A DNA stretch of 64,000 nt from a virus, in the IMG/VR virus record IMGVR_UViG_3300042565_001021, positions 64,001-128,000 of that record. One strand, 5' to 3'. This document shows, one piece after another, positions 17,496 through 27,604 of this stretch; position 1 is the stretch's first letter; every line of letters starts with the position of its first letter. The notes below the pieces were generated by a model that was given only the letters and a program-made list of their open reading frames with translations, was not told the origin of the DNA and searched no databases. The translations under genes were made by a program, and so were the position numbers.

Positions 17496-17938
17496 GTTAA
17501 ATACGATGCAGCAAGGACCACTTTTCCGTGGGTGTTAGCGAACCAAATGAAGTTTGACATGTAGCTCGGGTTTATAGGAAACTGGTCAAATTTCAGTGCC
17601 ATCCTCAGTAGCGACACAGTGAACAGTTCTTCTGCTATGACGGGCGGCAACTTAGTTGCTTTCAACATCAGTTCCTCGCCCGGCATATTAAGCAATGCCC
17701 AGACAGCGGCGTTATTTTCTTCAGTGACCTCCGGAACGCGGAAGTTCTCTTTCAGATGCGCTAGGACGAGGTCAAACTTTTTTGTGGCCTCAGCCTTATC
17801 GGTTATCCCGCGGCAGTCCTCGTACAGTTCCAGGGCGCGGGCATACTTATCAACCTGCCCGATGTTTGCGAATGCTGCCGGAGTTGCCGCAGCAGCCGCG
17901 AGCGCAGCAAGTGATTTTAGAAATCCACGACGGTCCAT
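17492..17938 (-). CDS. Tat-signal (twin-arginine) exported protein
   Basis: MDRRGFLKSLAALAAAAATPAAFA. Confidence 0.75.
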   Translation of the reverse strand: MDRRGFLKSLAALAAAAATPAAFANIGQVDKYARALELYEDCRGITDKAEATKKFDLVLAHLKENFRVPEVTEENNAAVWALLNMPGEELMLKATKLPPVIAEELFTVSLLRMALKFDQFPINPSYMSNFIWFANTHGKVVLAASYLT

Positions 17939-17965
17939 GTTTGGCTCCTGTTGTGTTTTGGTAGC

Positions 17966-18376
17966 TTAGGCAACAGCGCCAGCAGCAACAGCCGACTTGG
18001 TCGACACTGTGGAAAGCTTGTATTTCTTTTTGGCGCCCCAGGTCTGCTCCACGATGAACGGATACTTGTGTGCCTTGGCATTGTAGCCAACCACCTTCAC
18101 GCGGCCCAGCGACGGCACCACGTAAATCTTGTTCTCGTCGAACGCATTGCCCAGGATGTACTTGTAACGGCCCAGCGCCGCTTCCTTGGGACTCACCGGA
18201 GCAGACGCGCCAGTGGCGCCGCGCGCCACCCCTTCGATCTTGCAGCGGGCGGTCGTAGCGTCGTAGCGGATAATGCCAACTGTGAAATCCACGCCAGTTT
18301 TGGCAGCAACAAGGGCCAGCGCAGCTTCCAGTTCTTTGCGCAGGTTAGCAACAGCAGGCTTGGAAAGTGTGGTCAT
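17966..18376 (-). CDS. early hypothetical protein
   Basis: Directly downstream of repeated early promoter, GGAG SD. Confidence 0.75.
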   Translation of the reverse strand: MTTLSKPAVANLRKELEAALALVAAKTGVDFTVGIIRYDATTARCKIEGVARGATGASAPVSPKEAALGRYKYILGNAFDENKIYVVPSLGRVKVVGYNAKAHKYPFIVEQTWGAKKKYKLSTVSTKSAVAAGAVA

Positions 18377-18393
18377 TTGCTTTACTCCGTGTT

Positions 18394-18442
18394 GTTATTC
18401 AATAAAGCTATTATACGCTCTTTTACCAAAAAGTCAACCAAA
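18394..18442 (-). promoter_or_regulatory. repeated early promoter cassette (class A)
   Basis: GGTTGACT-N16-TATAATAGCTTTATTGAATAAC, near-identical to 34860..34906, 53577..53624 and 53792..53837. Confidence 0.8.
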
Positions 18443-18478
18443 ATCTGCGAATTTTAGCCAAAAAATTAGGCCCAACTA

Positions 18479-18491
18479 AATCAATGACTTA
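18479..18491 (+). promoter_or_regulatory. IHF-like site
   Basis: AATCAATGACTTA matches WATCAANNNNTTR. Confidence 0.6.
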
Positions 18492-18520
18492 GCGGACCTA
18501 ATTCTGCGTGTGAAGCGAGG

Positions 18521-18979
18521 TTACTTTGCTGATTCTGCGGCGCGAGCTTGAAGTTCAGCCATAATGTCTTCGGCGCTCTTGGTTGTGGAAGCGGACTTGG
18601 AAGCCGGCTTCTTTGCTGCGGCCTTCGCAGTAGGCTTTGCTGTAACTTTGGCCTTTGCTGCTTTTGCTTTTGGTGCTACGGCCTTCTTCTCAGTTCCGGT
18701 CTTGAGGACCTTGGTCTTTGCGGCCTTTACAACTTTTGTGCCGCTGTACTTCTCATCTGCCTCATCCAGGGCAGCTTTGTATTCCGGGCTTTGGGCCAGG
18801 TCAGTAGTAAGCAAATACTTGACTACTTCGGGCTTGTCCATCTCTGACGGTAGCTCGACTAGGTTGATGTCCGTATGCCCGTTCTTGTCCAAAATCTTAA
18901 CACGGGTCATATCATTCGCAAAACGAACTTTCACTTCACCCTTGTGCTTCGAAACACCTGCTACTTTAAATCCTGCCAT
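18521..18979 (-). CDS. hypothetical protein with Lys/Ala-rich (histone-H1-like) tail
   Basis: KVRFANDMTRVKIL.K.GHTDI domain plus AK-rich region. Confidence 0.75.
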   Translation of the reverse strand: MAGFKVAGVSKHKGEVKVRFANDMTRVKILDKNGHTDINLVELPSEMDKPEVVKYLLTTDLAQSPEYKAALDEADEKYSGTKVVKAAKTKVLKTGTEKKAVAPKAKAAKAKVTAKPTAKAAAKKPASKSASTTKSAEDIMAELQARAAESAK

Positions 18980-19097
18980 TTGTGATTCTCCTTCTGTTGG
19001 TGGTTAGATACTGCTGTTTTCAAAACTTATAAAACTACTATACACGGTTTTGGATCGGATAGCAACCGAATTTTGGGGTCAATTTAACCAAAAACTT

Positions 19098-19667
19098 TCA
19101 ATTGAATCCGCCGAATGCTTTAACCGTTAGCACGACTATGATTGCTCCGAGCACCCACTTGTTAATCACAAGCATCGTTAAGAACTCGATGAAATTAACA
19201 CGCTCACCAACATGCAATTCTCTTCGACTAACTTCACTTCTCGAGTTCTTGCGTAGCGTGGTTCCTAACGACGAGTTTGGATTATCCCAAACATCTGCCA
19301 TGTGTCGGGCATCGTCGCCCCTGCTAACTAACTCCAGAGCAGCTTCAAACTTGATACCGTTTTGCTTTGCCAGATCAATTGCGCGAACTGCTTTGTTCAG
19401 GCTTGTTAGGAACAGAACCTCCTCTGCGACTTCAACCGGAAGACCTGCTCGAGTACCGTCACGCGAATCCATTACTAATGTGTTGAGGAAAGAATCGAGT
19501 TCTTGTGTTCCCCAGGTACCGCAGATCTTTGCTTGAAGGATTGGCATGCGCTCAAGCTCGGCAGTGACCAAAATCAATTCTGGGACCGTAGCTGGAACCT
19601 CGTCGAGATCAATCAGCTTGAACTCCGCAAAAGAAACTTTCTCTGGTGGAGTGTCTTTAAGACTCAT
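19098..19667 (-). CDS. hypothetical membrane-anchored protein, bacterial-like
   Basis: WGTQELDSFLNTLVMDSRDGTRAGLP.EVAEE..FL; C-terminal TM. Confidence 0.7.
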   Translation of the reverse strand: MSLKDTPPEKVSFAEFKLIDLDEVPATVPELILVTAELERMPILQAKICGTWGTQELDSFLNTLVMDSRDGTRAGLPVEVAEEVLFLTSLNKAVRAIDLAKQNGIKFEAALELVSRGDDARHMADVWDNPNSSLGTTLRKNSRSEVSRRELHVGERVNFIEFLTMLVINKWVLGAIIVVLTVKAFGGFN

Positions 19668-19963
19668 TCTTTTCCGCCGAGGGATTTCCACACTTGCGAC
19701 TTTTCATACGCGATCCTGCGCTTGCGGCGTTCCCACATGTCGTACAGAGTAACTACGCCTAAGAACCCGCCGGCGCCAACTGCTGCAAAAGCAATGATAC
19801 CGAGAAAGATAACTAAGCCGACGTAGAAAGGTAGCAACACTAGCCACCAAGACCACGTCGCAATTGTCCCAATCTCAAAAATTTTACATAAGACGAAGAT
19901 AATGCCGAGCAAGCCAAGCCAGCTGCCGATTCCTACGTTAACAGTTGCTTTTTCTTCGCTCAT
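19664..19963 (-). CDS. membrane protein
   Basis: IFVLCK...I.TWSWWLVLLP. Confidence 0.7.
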   Translation of the reverse strand: MSEEKATVNVGIGSWLGLLGIIFVLCKIFEIGTIATWSWWLVLLPFYVGLVIFLGIIAFAAVGAGGFLGVVTLYDMWERRKRRIAYEKSQVWKSLGGKE

Positions 19964-20335
19964 TTAATAAATGCACCCATGATATTCGTCTTCGATGACA
20001 GCACCAGTCTTCTTACACCATGCCATCATTTGCTTGATGCTGACAAAATCTTTTCCGCAAGCAAATAGTGCTCGGTCATTGTCCCAGCTACCACAGGTGA
20101 CATGACAAACTCGGCCACCTTCGCTATATTGATCGTCAGGATCAAACCAATCGCCTGCTTGCTGTTCAGCAAACGCCTCGTCGGTCAATCTCTCAGCAGC
20201 TAGCCCATTACCATCGGTAAAGTCTGGCGGATCACTGTTGATCCATTCCCATAGCGCAGGCCCAACGAGTTTGGTATAAGTGTCTCCTTGACCTTCAAGG
20301 ACAATAAGGTAGACCGGCTTCTCTTTTTTAGCCAT
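19964..20335 (-). CDS. hypothetical protein
   Basis: GQGDT..KLV...W.WI...GSWDNDRA. Confidence 0.65.
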   Translation of the reverse strand: MAKKEKPVYLIVLEGQGDTYTKLVGPALWEWINSDPPDFTDGNGLAAERLTDEAFAEQQAGDWFDPDDQYSEGGRVCHVTCGSWDNDRALFACGKDFVSIKQMMAWCKKTGAVIEDEYHGCIY

Positions 20336-20621
20336 TTTGTTTATCCTTTGCAAGAATACAAGTGCCACGAATATAAACGCCGCCTGCCCCGCTGCGAGTA
20401 TTAGCTGTAACACCTTGCGACCAGAGGATGAACTCTATTGCCTCAATCTCGCTTTGTGTCGGTTTGCTGCGCAAAGTGACGTACCTCTTCCCAACATCTT
20501 TGCCACCACGTTGCCCCACCGGACAGTCAGTATACGAATGCGAACCTACGCGAGACATGACGCGCTTAACTGCGGCACGAAACTGCTTGGTCGTTGCGTA
20601 TGGGCGATTAAGGATATCCAT
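20328..20621 (-). CDS. hypothetical protein
   Basis: ORF in operon. Confidence 0.55.
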   Translation of the reverse strand: MDILNRPYATTKQFRAAVKRVMSRVGSHSYTDCPVGQRGGKDVGKRYVTLRSKPTQSEIEAIEFILWSQGVTANTRSGAGGVYIRGTCILAKDKQNG

Positions 20622-20625
20622 TGTT

Positions 20626-20925
20626 TTACCTTGGAGGTTGACTGATGGAGTCTTTCTTCGTCTCAACTACAGAACAGTTAACGTAGGTGTCGCCAACTTT
20701 CGCAATGCCCACTCGAGAACAATCCTGGACGATGGTGCTGGCGCTAAAGTGCGAGCCAATGGTTGCGCCAATGACGCCGACGATGGCGATCTCCGCCGCA
20801 ATCGTAACGACGGAGATACACATGCGCTGGATTTTGTCAATGACGATTTTTGTTTTTGGCTCAGGCGGGTTTGGTAGCGCCGCGCTGGCCATTGTTGGTA
20901 GGGTGTCGCCGTCTTTATCACCCAT
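20626..20925 (-). CDS. hypothetical membrane protein
   Basis: Central TM segment. Confidence 0.55.
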   Translation of the reverse strand: MGDKDGDTLPTMASAALPNPPEPKTKIVIDKIQRMCISVVTIAAEIAIVGVIGATIGSHFSASTIVQDCSRVGIAKVGDTYVNCSVVETKKDSISQPPR

Positions 20926-21067
20926 TCTCAGTCACCCGCACTTTGAAGCCCAGGTCCTGCATTTCGTCAGCGAACGCTTGGCCAACAGCCTCGTCGTCGA
21001 AGTCTTGTTCGTCGATGATCACAGTGCCGGAATATACGAGTACAGTCATTTGTGTTTCTCCTTTTAG

Positions 21068-21265
21068 TTAACGTCCGTTTGCTTTTTTGAAAGCGTCAAT
21101 CCAATCTTGCGGGACGACCCATACTTGAAACTCGCTGCGCGGTACGCCCAGCACATCCATTAACCGCATCTTAAACGAACCCCAACCATGGCGATCCCAT
21201 CCTGGAATGTGCTTGACTGCGGCTACGGTTGCTCGAATGTGTTTCATGTCCGTCCTACGATTCAA
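21068..21265 (-). CDS. hypothetical early protein
   Basis: Follows class A promoter at about 21262..21302. Confidence 0.55.
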   Translation of the reverse strand: MNRRTDMKHIRATVAAVKHIPGWDRHGWGSFKMRLMDVLGVPRSEFQVWVVPQDWIDAFKKANGR

Positions 21266-21332
21266 TAAAGCAATTATACAGCCTTTTAAAGAAAAGTCAA
21301 CCGGAATCTTAGGTTAAACCTAAGTCATTGAT

Positions 21333-22559
21333 TTAATAGCGTAATCCAGCCATTTCTTCTATGTATTCGCGGAGTTCTTTGTCGATGGCTGGCTTGGCAA
21401 TGATGTTCCAAATGCGATCTTGCACTTCGTATCTCAAATCCATCGAGTCATACAGCGTATCTTTTTCTGCTATGTCTTCGAAGTCCATGTTCATGCTGCC
21501 CAACCAATCGCCTATTATAAACTGTACGTCGGTATCATCTAAGTCCTCGCCTGCTAAGAACATGTCAGAATCTAGGCCGGCTATAATCGCATCGGTTAGT
21601 CCTTGCCCGTCTCGAAGAAGTGCGTTATGTACTAGCGTAGATAACTTTCGAGGAATATGACCGTTGGATTGTTTTGCTAACGTGCGATAAATCGCATCGC
21701 TTACTTTCAACACTAAGTTCCTGTTACTAACTGACCGTAAAATTGTCTCAGCCATACTATGTTTAAGGTTCTCGAAGTCTTCGGCGAATTCTTCGGCACC
21801 AACTACAAACTCAACTACGTTGTTTGCTAATGCCTCGTTCATAAACAGATCAACCACTTGCGGGAACCTTCGTAGTAACGGGTCTAACTTAATAGGTATG
21901 TCCTGTATGTCCATAAACTGTCTGGCGCGGAAATGGAACTGGTACTTTTCTCCAGGACTAACAGGTGCCTTAGGTAAAAGGATGTATAAGTTTCCTTCCT
22001 TGTTGTAACGCTCAAACATGTTATTATTCTTTGCTGCCGTACACCAAGTTGTACCTTGCCCGTAATACTTCGCTGCTTCTACGTTCAGTATATGCAGGAT
22101 CCGTAAAGTGTCGTCGTCGAGCACTACGTTTACTTGTCCTTTATCTACTACGACATCTTGCGGTTCAGGATAAGTAGCAACGGTTTGCTCAAAGTCTTGC
22201 ATTGACCTGAACCGGTTGATATCTCTGTGCTCTGGCTTGAGTTGCTGCTTAGTCTTTAGCTTGTGGAACCGCTCTAACGCAGATGCGCCGCGTGATTCAA
22301 AGTCTTCGTACTTAGTAACGACGCCAAGTTGAGCAGCATAGGTTTTACATAACCACTGGGTGTATTCTTTGTGCGGGGTTGGATCCATTTCCTCGAAACC
22401 CCCAAGCAACCAGTTTATGTCGATTTCCGTTTTATTTAATTCGTCTTGTTGATCGTAAATTGATCGATCCTTTTTAGCAACCGCGAGAAGCTTTTCACCA
22501 AAGTTTTGTGCTGTGGTTTGACGATTGTACTCTACCAGGAATTCTACTGCTCTTACCAT
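21333..22559 (-). CDS. putative capsid-internal protein, PcfJ-like region
   Basis: Leader MVRAVEFLVE; DPT..KEYTQW, RDIN, AAKYYGQGTTWCTAA, EKYQFH. Confidence 0.75.
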   Translation of the reverse strand: MVRAVEFLVEYNRQTTAQNFGEKLLAVAKKDRSIYDQQDELNKTEIDINWLLGGFEEMDPTPHKEYTQWLCKTYAAQLGVVTKYEDFESRGASALERFHKLKTKQQLKPEHRDINRFRSMQDFEQTVATYPEPQDVVVDKGQVNVVLDDDTLRILHILNVEAAKYYGQGTTWCTAAKNNNMFERYNKEGNLYILLPKAPVSPGEKYQFHFRARQFMDIQDIPIKLDPLLRRFPQVVDLFMNEALANNVVEFVVGAEEFAEDFENLKHSMAETILRSVSNRNLVLKVSDAIYRTLAKQSNGHIPRKLSTLVHNALLRDGQGLTDAIIAGLDSDMFLAGEDLDDTDVQFIIGDWLGSMNMDFEDIAEKDTLYDSMDLRYEVQDRIWNIIAKPAIDKELREYIEEMAGLRY

Positions 22560-22978
22560 CGCGCCGCTGCCTTTACAAGTTCTATACTTAGTGGTTCTAC
22601 GCTTACTATTTGATCGGGAGTTACCCAGCCTTTCTTCTTTAGCCATTTGCCTTCGTTGCTTGCTTGTGACAACGGATCTGAATCATCTACTTCCCACGTA
22701 TTTATATCGTCGTTAAACGATACGATAGAGACAATGCCCGAGCCCATCTTCTTAGCTAATTCCCATTCCCACTTTGCTGCCCAGCGTGTTGCGTCCTTCT
22801 TGGATGTCATAGCAAAGATCTCGCCAATGTTGCCATACTGGCCGCCTGCTGCTTTAACAAAATTAGTAGGGTTAGCACCAGTAATCCCTTTAGCTTGGAT
22901 TTTTGAAACTGTTACAGTTCTAGTAACGTGATACAAAGTTGCCCCGGTTGATTCAGTTATAAACTCTTTAGCTTTCAT
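22553..22978 (-). CDS. putative capsid-internal protein, ART/Tpt1-like
   Basis: Leader MKAKEFITE; TLYHVT....I...GI. Confidence 0.65.
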   Translation of the reverse strand: MKAKEFITESTGATLYHVTRTVTVSKIQAKGITGANPTNFVKAAGGQYGNIGEIFAMTSKKDATRWAAKWEWELAKKMGSGIVSIVSFNDDINTWEVDDSDPLSQASNEGKWLKKKGWVTPDQIVSVEPLSIELVKAAARW

Positions 22979-23829
22979 TACCATCCTCCCGGCGGCTCTG
23001 CAGGCAACCCTGCCCCTTTAAGGTCAGAAGCAGAAACTTTTGCTCCACCAGGTGGTGAAACCGGTTTTGGTTCTTTAACTCCGTTCTTCGAATCTACAAA
23101 TCGTTTCCATAAGCTCTTCTCTATTGCTATACACTTCCCACTAAACCATACCTCGTTTTTCATAGGGTGGTTTAAAGCAAAAGACTTGATAGTTTTAATT
23201 TGCATGCCTGTCCTGTCAGGAGCCATGCCTCTGTTTAAGACATCAATGAAATCCTCTGACCCAACTTTTCCGTTTGACAGATACCGTAACTCTTTTTCTA
23301 CTCTTGGCATCTTTACTGCTTTGACAAACTCAGCGTATGAAGTGTCGGGTAAGTACAGATAGTTTCTACACATGTCAGCGATGCCTTCAAACGTGGTGTG
23401 AATGTTAGGTTCAAACTCTGGCAAATGCGCCTTCACTTCCCATATGTCTTTCTCTGGACAAATGCCTATCCTTGTTCCGTTGAACGGAAATAAAGCATAT
23501 AAAGATCCACCAAATGCGTTAGCATACGTCCGATCACTTGTAGCAATTAAGCTCTTGCTACGCTTTGGCCAAAGTGCGTAATTAGGACTATTGTCCATCA
23601 ATAGCGTATAGTGATTAGAAGTGTTCTGTGACTTGCGCTCGCTGTTTGTTGTATCAATGAACACTAACGGTTCTTGGTGGTCTTTCATTGAACGCCAGAT
23701 CGGATTCTCTAACATAGGCAGAGCTTCTGTACAGTGAGCGTTCAGCAGCTCCATAGCCTTCTCTAGCTGAAGGTTCTCAGCCTGGTATGGGGTAACCGCG
23801 GCTTCAACAGTAAATTCTTTTGCTCTCAT
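22978..23829 (-). CDS. putative capsid-internal protein, possible ART fold
   Basis: Leader MRAKEFTVE; IWRS, RSKSLIATS, NEVW; paralogue of 29280..29972. Confidence 0.65.
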   Translation of the reverse strand: MRAKEFTVEAAVTPYQAENLQLEKAMELLNAHCTEALPMLENPIWRSMKDHQEPLVFIDTTNSERKSQNTSNHYTLLMDNSPNYALWPKRSKSLIATSDRTYANAFGGSLYALFPFNGTRIGICPEKDIWEVKAHLPEFEPNIHTTFEGIADMCRNYLYLPDTSYAEFVKAVKMPRVEKELRYLSNGKVGSEDFIDVLNRGMAPDRTGMQIKTIKSFALNHPMKNEVWFSGKCIAIEKSLWKRFVDSKNGVKEPKPVSPPGGAKVSASDLKGAGLPAEPPGGW

Positions 23830-23831
23830 GA

Positions 23832-24461
23832 TTACTCGAATGTCACCCAAGGATCGGCAGCTATTATAGTCCCGTCTGCTCTCATTAACCAATTCTCAGA
23901 ATGTAGGTCAAGAATGATTTCTGTTAGGTTATGCGCATCAGCATACACTTGCGCAGCTTTATAAAGAAATGTTGTTGCTTCTAATATTCCGCTTACGGTG
24001 TTTGCACCAGTAAGCTTACTGTCAAGTAATACCTGTTCTAATCTATTAGATTCGTAACCTAAACCGTGTCCTTCGCACTTGACTGAGTTGGCGACATCCC
24101 ATAATACATTTGCGAGATAGTCGTTGTTAAGAGGATACAATCGTTCAATTCTGATTTGTAACACTTCCTCTGCGTCTACGTCTATACCATGTATAACCGG
24201 AAAATGTTTACTTTTGTACCCGTGGTCTACACAGAAGTGCACAAATGCCAAAGATGCTTTATGAACTCCTTTATCGGAGCCACCGAACCCGCCGCCTACG
24301 ACTTTAACGACAGTATCAGGGTCAGAAAAATGATTCCACACTGTGGCTGTGTATCCTTTGCCAACTTGGTTCCATCCAGACTGCTTACGAATTTCATCGT
24401 TAACGAATCCTGGGTCAAGCTCGTTTAGCTGTTCGTTCTCGAATAGTTCAGTTAGAAACAT
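23832..24461 (-). CDS. putative capsid-internal protein kinase-like enzyme
   Basis: Leader MFLTELFE; GKGYTATVW, VVKV, DLHSENWL, ADP. Confidence 0.78.
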   Translation of the reverse strand: MFLTELFENEQLNELDPGFVNDEIRKQSGWNQVGKGYTATVWNHFSDPDTVVKVVGGGFGGSDKGVHKASLAFVHFCVDHGYKSKHFPVIHGIDVDAEEVLQIRIERLYPLNNDYLANVLWDVANSVKCEGHGLGYESNRLEQVLLDSKLTGANTVSGILEATTFLYKAAQVYADAHNLTEIILDLHSENWLMRADGTIIAADPWVTFE

Positions 24462-24468
24462 AATATTC

Positions 24469-25017
24469 TCATAATGTGAACAGTGGACCTTGGATAAACC
24501 AGGTCTCTGTCCTTTCTTTAATCATTCCGTTGCGTAAAGCTTCGATGACGTCGGGTGTAAAGTCTCGATTCCGCCAACCTGATATTATCAGATGTGTTTC
24601 GACCGGAGCGTTACCTTCGAGCTCTAACTGGGCATTCATTCGGTGTCTACCTTCGTGCCCAGTTACCCAAGCCGGGAGAATAAACTTTCCGTTCTCCCAT
24701 TCTTCGTCTACGCTTATGTATAGTGTTGGTGCGCCGAAGCTTCCTCCGGTTCGAGCATGATTTTTCATTTTTTCAATGCTGCTTCTTGCTGAGTCGTCAA
24801 CGGTCAAGTTGCTTGCTAAATTTAAGAACTTGCTTGGCTTCATCATCACCCGCAGGCCCATGTAATCGATTTCTTGGTTGTTAGGCGTCTGGCCCCAACC
24901 TGATTGGTTATCAATGTTTAGCTCAGTAATTCTTGTCAACTCTTCAGACAACACCTTATCGACTTCTTTCTGAAGAATATCAAATACCGTTTCGTTAATG
25001 AATTCTTGTGCTCTCAT
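24469..25017 (-). CDS. putative capsid-internal ParB/Srx-like protein
   Basis: Leader MRAQEFINE; MKPSKFL, P.L, GHEGRHR. Confidence 0.7.
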   Translation of the reverse strand: MRAQEFINETVFDILQKEVDKVLSEELTRITELNIDNQSGWGQTPNNQEIDYMGLRVMMKPSKFLNLASNLTVDDSARSSIEKMKNHARTGGSFGAPTLYISVDEEWENGKFILPAWVTGHEGRHRMNAQLELEGNAPVETHLIISGWRNRDFTPDVIEALRNGMIKERTETWFIQGPLFTL

Positions 25018-25868
25018 TAGTCGTTCGCTCCTGGCGCCCACATATCTCCGTTAGGCTTAAAGCTAGTGCTGTTGCTGTTCGATCCGCTCTTATCAATTCC
25101 TGGGCGGGCTCCCCTCTCGTCGCTAGAGACGACCTTGTCACCGCTAACATCGCTGCTCCGTTCGTCTCGTTCGTCTGAGTAAAAATATCCTTGCTCGTCA
25201 CTGAATACCTGATCTGCTTCGGAATACCACGGGTCAGCAGCTATGATAGTTCCGTTTGGCCTCATTAACCAGTTGCCGCCGTGCAAATCTATCCAGCCTT
25301 CGTTTATATTGTGAGCTTCCAAATAAACTGGTAAGGCCTTGCTCAAATACTTAATAGCTTCGACTATCTCGTCGACGTTATTGTTCTCTTTCATGCCCTG
25401 TATTCCTGAATACTTCATTGCTGACAGCAATTCGATTTTCGATTTAGTTAATGCTGCGCCGCCGGTAACAGCATTAGCTAATCTGCTTAGACCGCTCCTT
25501 ACGTCACCGCTACTAATAGGAAGCAACTTCTCCATTCTGATCTGTAATACTTCGGCGTCGTCTATGTTTATTCCGTGAACGATAGGATAGTGCTTACTCG
25601 TGTGTCCGTGATCAACTAGAAAGTGAATAAACGCTAAAGTAATATTTCGATAGCCACCTTGCGCTTCGTAGTCTCCACCACCGACTACTTTAACTACGGT
25701 GTCTGGTTCTTGATAGTGTTGCCAAACTGACGCAGTAGCACCTTGTCCTAGCTTATCCCAGGCTCGTAAGTTTTTAAACTTACCTTGTGATTGCTGCTTG
25801 ATAACCTGGTTAACATAATCCGGGGCAAGTTCGGTTAGTTCAGTGTCAAATAATTCAGTTAGGAACAT
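25017..25868 (-). CDS. putative capsid-internal protein kinase-like enzyme
   Basis: Leader MFLTELFD; LGQGATASVW, VVKV, DLHGGNWL, ADP; TAAATA just upstream. Confidence 0.78.
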   Translation of the reverse strand: MFLTELFDTELTELAPDYVNQVIKQQSQGKFKNLRAWDKLGQGATASVWQHYQEPDTVVKVVGGGDYEAQGGYRNITLAFIHFLVDHGHTSKHYPIVHGINIDDAEVLQIRMEKLLPISSGDVRSGLSRLANAVTGGAALTKSKIELLSAMKYSGIQGMKENNNVDEIVEAIKYLSKALPVYLEAHNINEGWIDLHGGNWLMRPNGTIIAADPWYSEADQVFSDEQGYFYSDERDERSSDVSGDKVVSSDERGARPGIDKSGSNSNSTSFKPNGDMWAPGAND

Positions 25869-25877
25869 AGTTAGTAT

Positions 25878-26822
25878 TTACCTGTCGAACAATGCTGCGA
25901 TTTCTGCGGATTTCTTAGCTAACATCTCTTTAGTGTACTTTGCCTTCTCTATTGCCGCAGGGGTTTCTGCTTTGGCGAACTTACTGCTATTTATCGCTGT
26001 GTTGATTTTACCTAAGTAGATTTCTTTTACTCTCGGAATAAGTTCTTCTTTGCCTACGCTCTGTAAGATGCCTTTAATACTGTCGATCATATCGGCTACG
26101 CGGACTTCTCCGCCTACTAACCCGGGATACTGCTTAACTAACGGAGATGGTGTTCCTCCGAAAAACTTAACTATGTCAAGTGCCCAGGTCTTTGGGTTGT
26201 TAGTGACTGTCTTTAGGTCAACATCCTTAACTGTGCGGAACGGGACGAATGTGCCATTTTGGAATTTTGCTTGAACTCCGTGGCCGCCGCCGATGCTCAG
26301 ATTGAGGACTTCACCGAGCGACGAGTAAAGTGAGTTTGCTAACACACCTTTCATGTTCCACTCTGGCCGTAGTGCGTTAGTCCAGTCTTTATTCTCGTAG
26401 TAAGATGTGATTAGGTCGATCTGAACATAATCGTTTCCTATCTTTAGGATAACATTAACGCCGTTGTCTGAAGAAAAAGCAGAGGTTGAATCGCAAAACT
26501 CTTTAATAGCGTCGTTGTAGATCTTAAGGTTTGCGTTATTTGTGGTTCCTTCAATGCGTGGGATATGGAACTGGACATCAACGTCGCCATACTCTTTGTC
26601 TGGCTGTTGAACTAAGTCCCGTTCGTAGTATGTTGCGCTGCCACCCGGTGCCGATATCTCTGTTGGTCCTAATCCTTTTGTCTTTAGGAAGTTGTTCAAG
26701 GCGGGAATAAACTGAGTAGTTAATACCTTCATACATTGCTGAACGAGCCGTGGGGTAATAACTGTGTTTTGTGTTAGTGTCGATGCCCATCCACCTTCTA
26801 AAATAATTTCGTTAATTTTCAT
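25878..26822 (-). CDS. putative capsid-internal pol-beta-type nucleotidyltransferase
   Basis: Leader MKINEIILE; GGS...YGDVDV...VQIDLI. Confidence 0.7.
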   Translation of the reverse strand: MKINEIILEGGWASTLTQNTVITPRLVQQCMKVLTTQFIPALNNFLKTKGLGPTEISAPGGSATYYERDLVQQPDKEYGDVDVQFHIPRIEGTTNNANLKIYNDAIKEFCDSTSAFSSDNGVNVILKIGNDYVQIDLITSYYENKDWTNALRPEWNMKGVLANSLYSSLGEVLNLSIGGGHGVQAKFQNGTFVPFRTVKDVDLKTVTNNPKTWALDIVKFFGGTPSPLVKQYPGLVGGEVRVADMIDSIKGILQSVGKEELIPRVKEIYLGKINTAINSSKFAKAETPAAIEKAKYTKEMLAKKSAEIAALFDR

Positions 26823-27604
26823 AATATGTTCTTATCCCCAATAAACCAGGTTGTATTCATAAGATTTTCACTCATTTCCTTATTAGTTTTTAGATGTCGA
26901 GTCATCTTACTTTCAATGAATATTTCGCTTGGTCCTGCTTTTTCATATGCTGCTTCATTCCATTCTTTTTCTAAAGAGTTGATATCCGGGAAATCACCGG
27001 TTTGATCAGTTAATGTTAATCCTCTACCTTTAGCTAAGATAAGTTTCTTAAGCCATGTAAATCCTTCAGGAGTTAACCCTTCATTTTTTGAGATTTGTAT
27101 TTTTACTACAGCTTTAAGACGATGTGTTACGCAGCCAATTAATGCAGTAACATAACCGGGACCATTAACAAAGTTCCTAATTCCTTTTAACTCATTTCCT
27201 TTTAGTATTACTAGTGCATCAATACTGTCATCACCAATGAACGAGTAGACATCTTGATCATTTATATTACAGTGATATACATCTTTACCATCTAAACTAT
27301 TTACAATTTGAGATTTAGTAATTATTTGATTTTTCATATCTTGAGTTATATCTAATGCAGAATGGGCGTAGTCAATTTCAGTTAACCCTTCTTCGTTTGT
27401 CATCAACTTTTTAACACGCGGCTTGAATAGCTGGACATCTCCCTTATCGGTCTTTAACACTGGCTGATTGTGCTTATCCTTCTTAAAGCCTTTGATCTCG
27501 GCAGGGCTGTTCTTAAATTTACCCTTCATTACAACATCCCCGGTTTCCAATTCCGGAGGTTGGTAGGTTTCTGCACCTTCTACAATAAACTCGTTTGCTC
27601 TCAT
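26819..27604 (-). CDS. putative capsid-internal two-domain protein
   Basis: Leader MRANEFIVE; GKFKN small domain, internal LTE, GNAT-like remainder. Confidence 0.65.
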   Translation of the reverse strand: MRANEFIVEGAETYQPPELETGDVVMKGKFKNSPAEIKGFKKDKHNQPVLKTDKGDVQLFKPRVKKLMTNEEGLTEIDYAHSALDITQDMKNQIITKSQIVNSLDGKDVYHCNINDQDVYSFIGDDSIDALVILKGNELKGIRNFVNGPGYVTALIGCVTHRLKAVVKIQISKNEGLTPEGFTWLKKLILAKGRGLTLTDQTGDFPDINSLEKEWNEAAYEKAGPSEIFIESKMTRHLKTNKEMSENLMNTTWFIGDKNIL

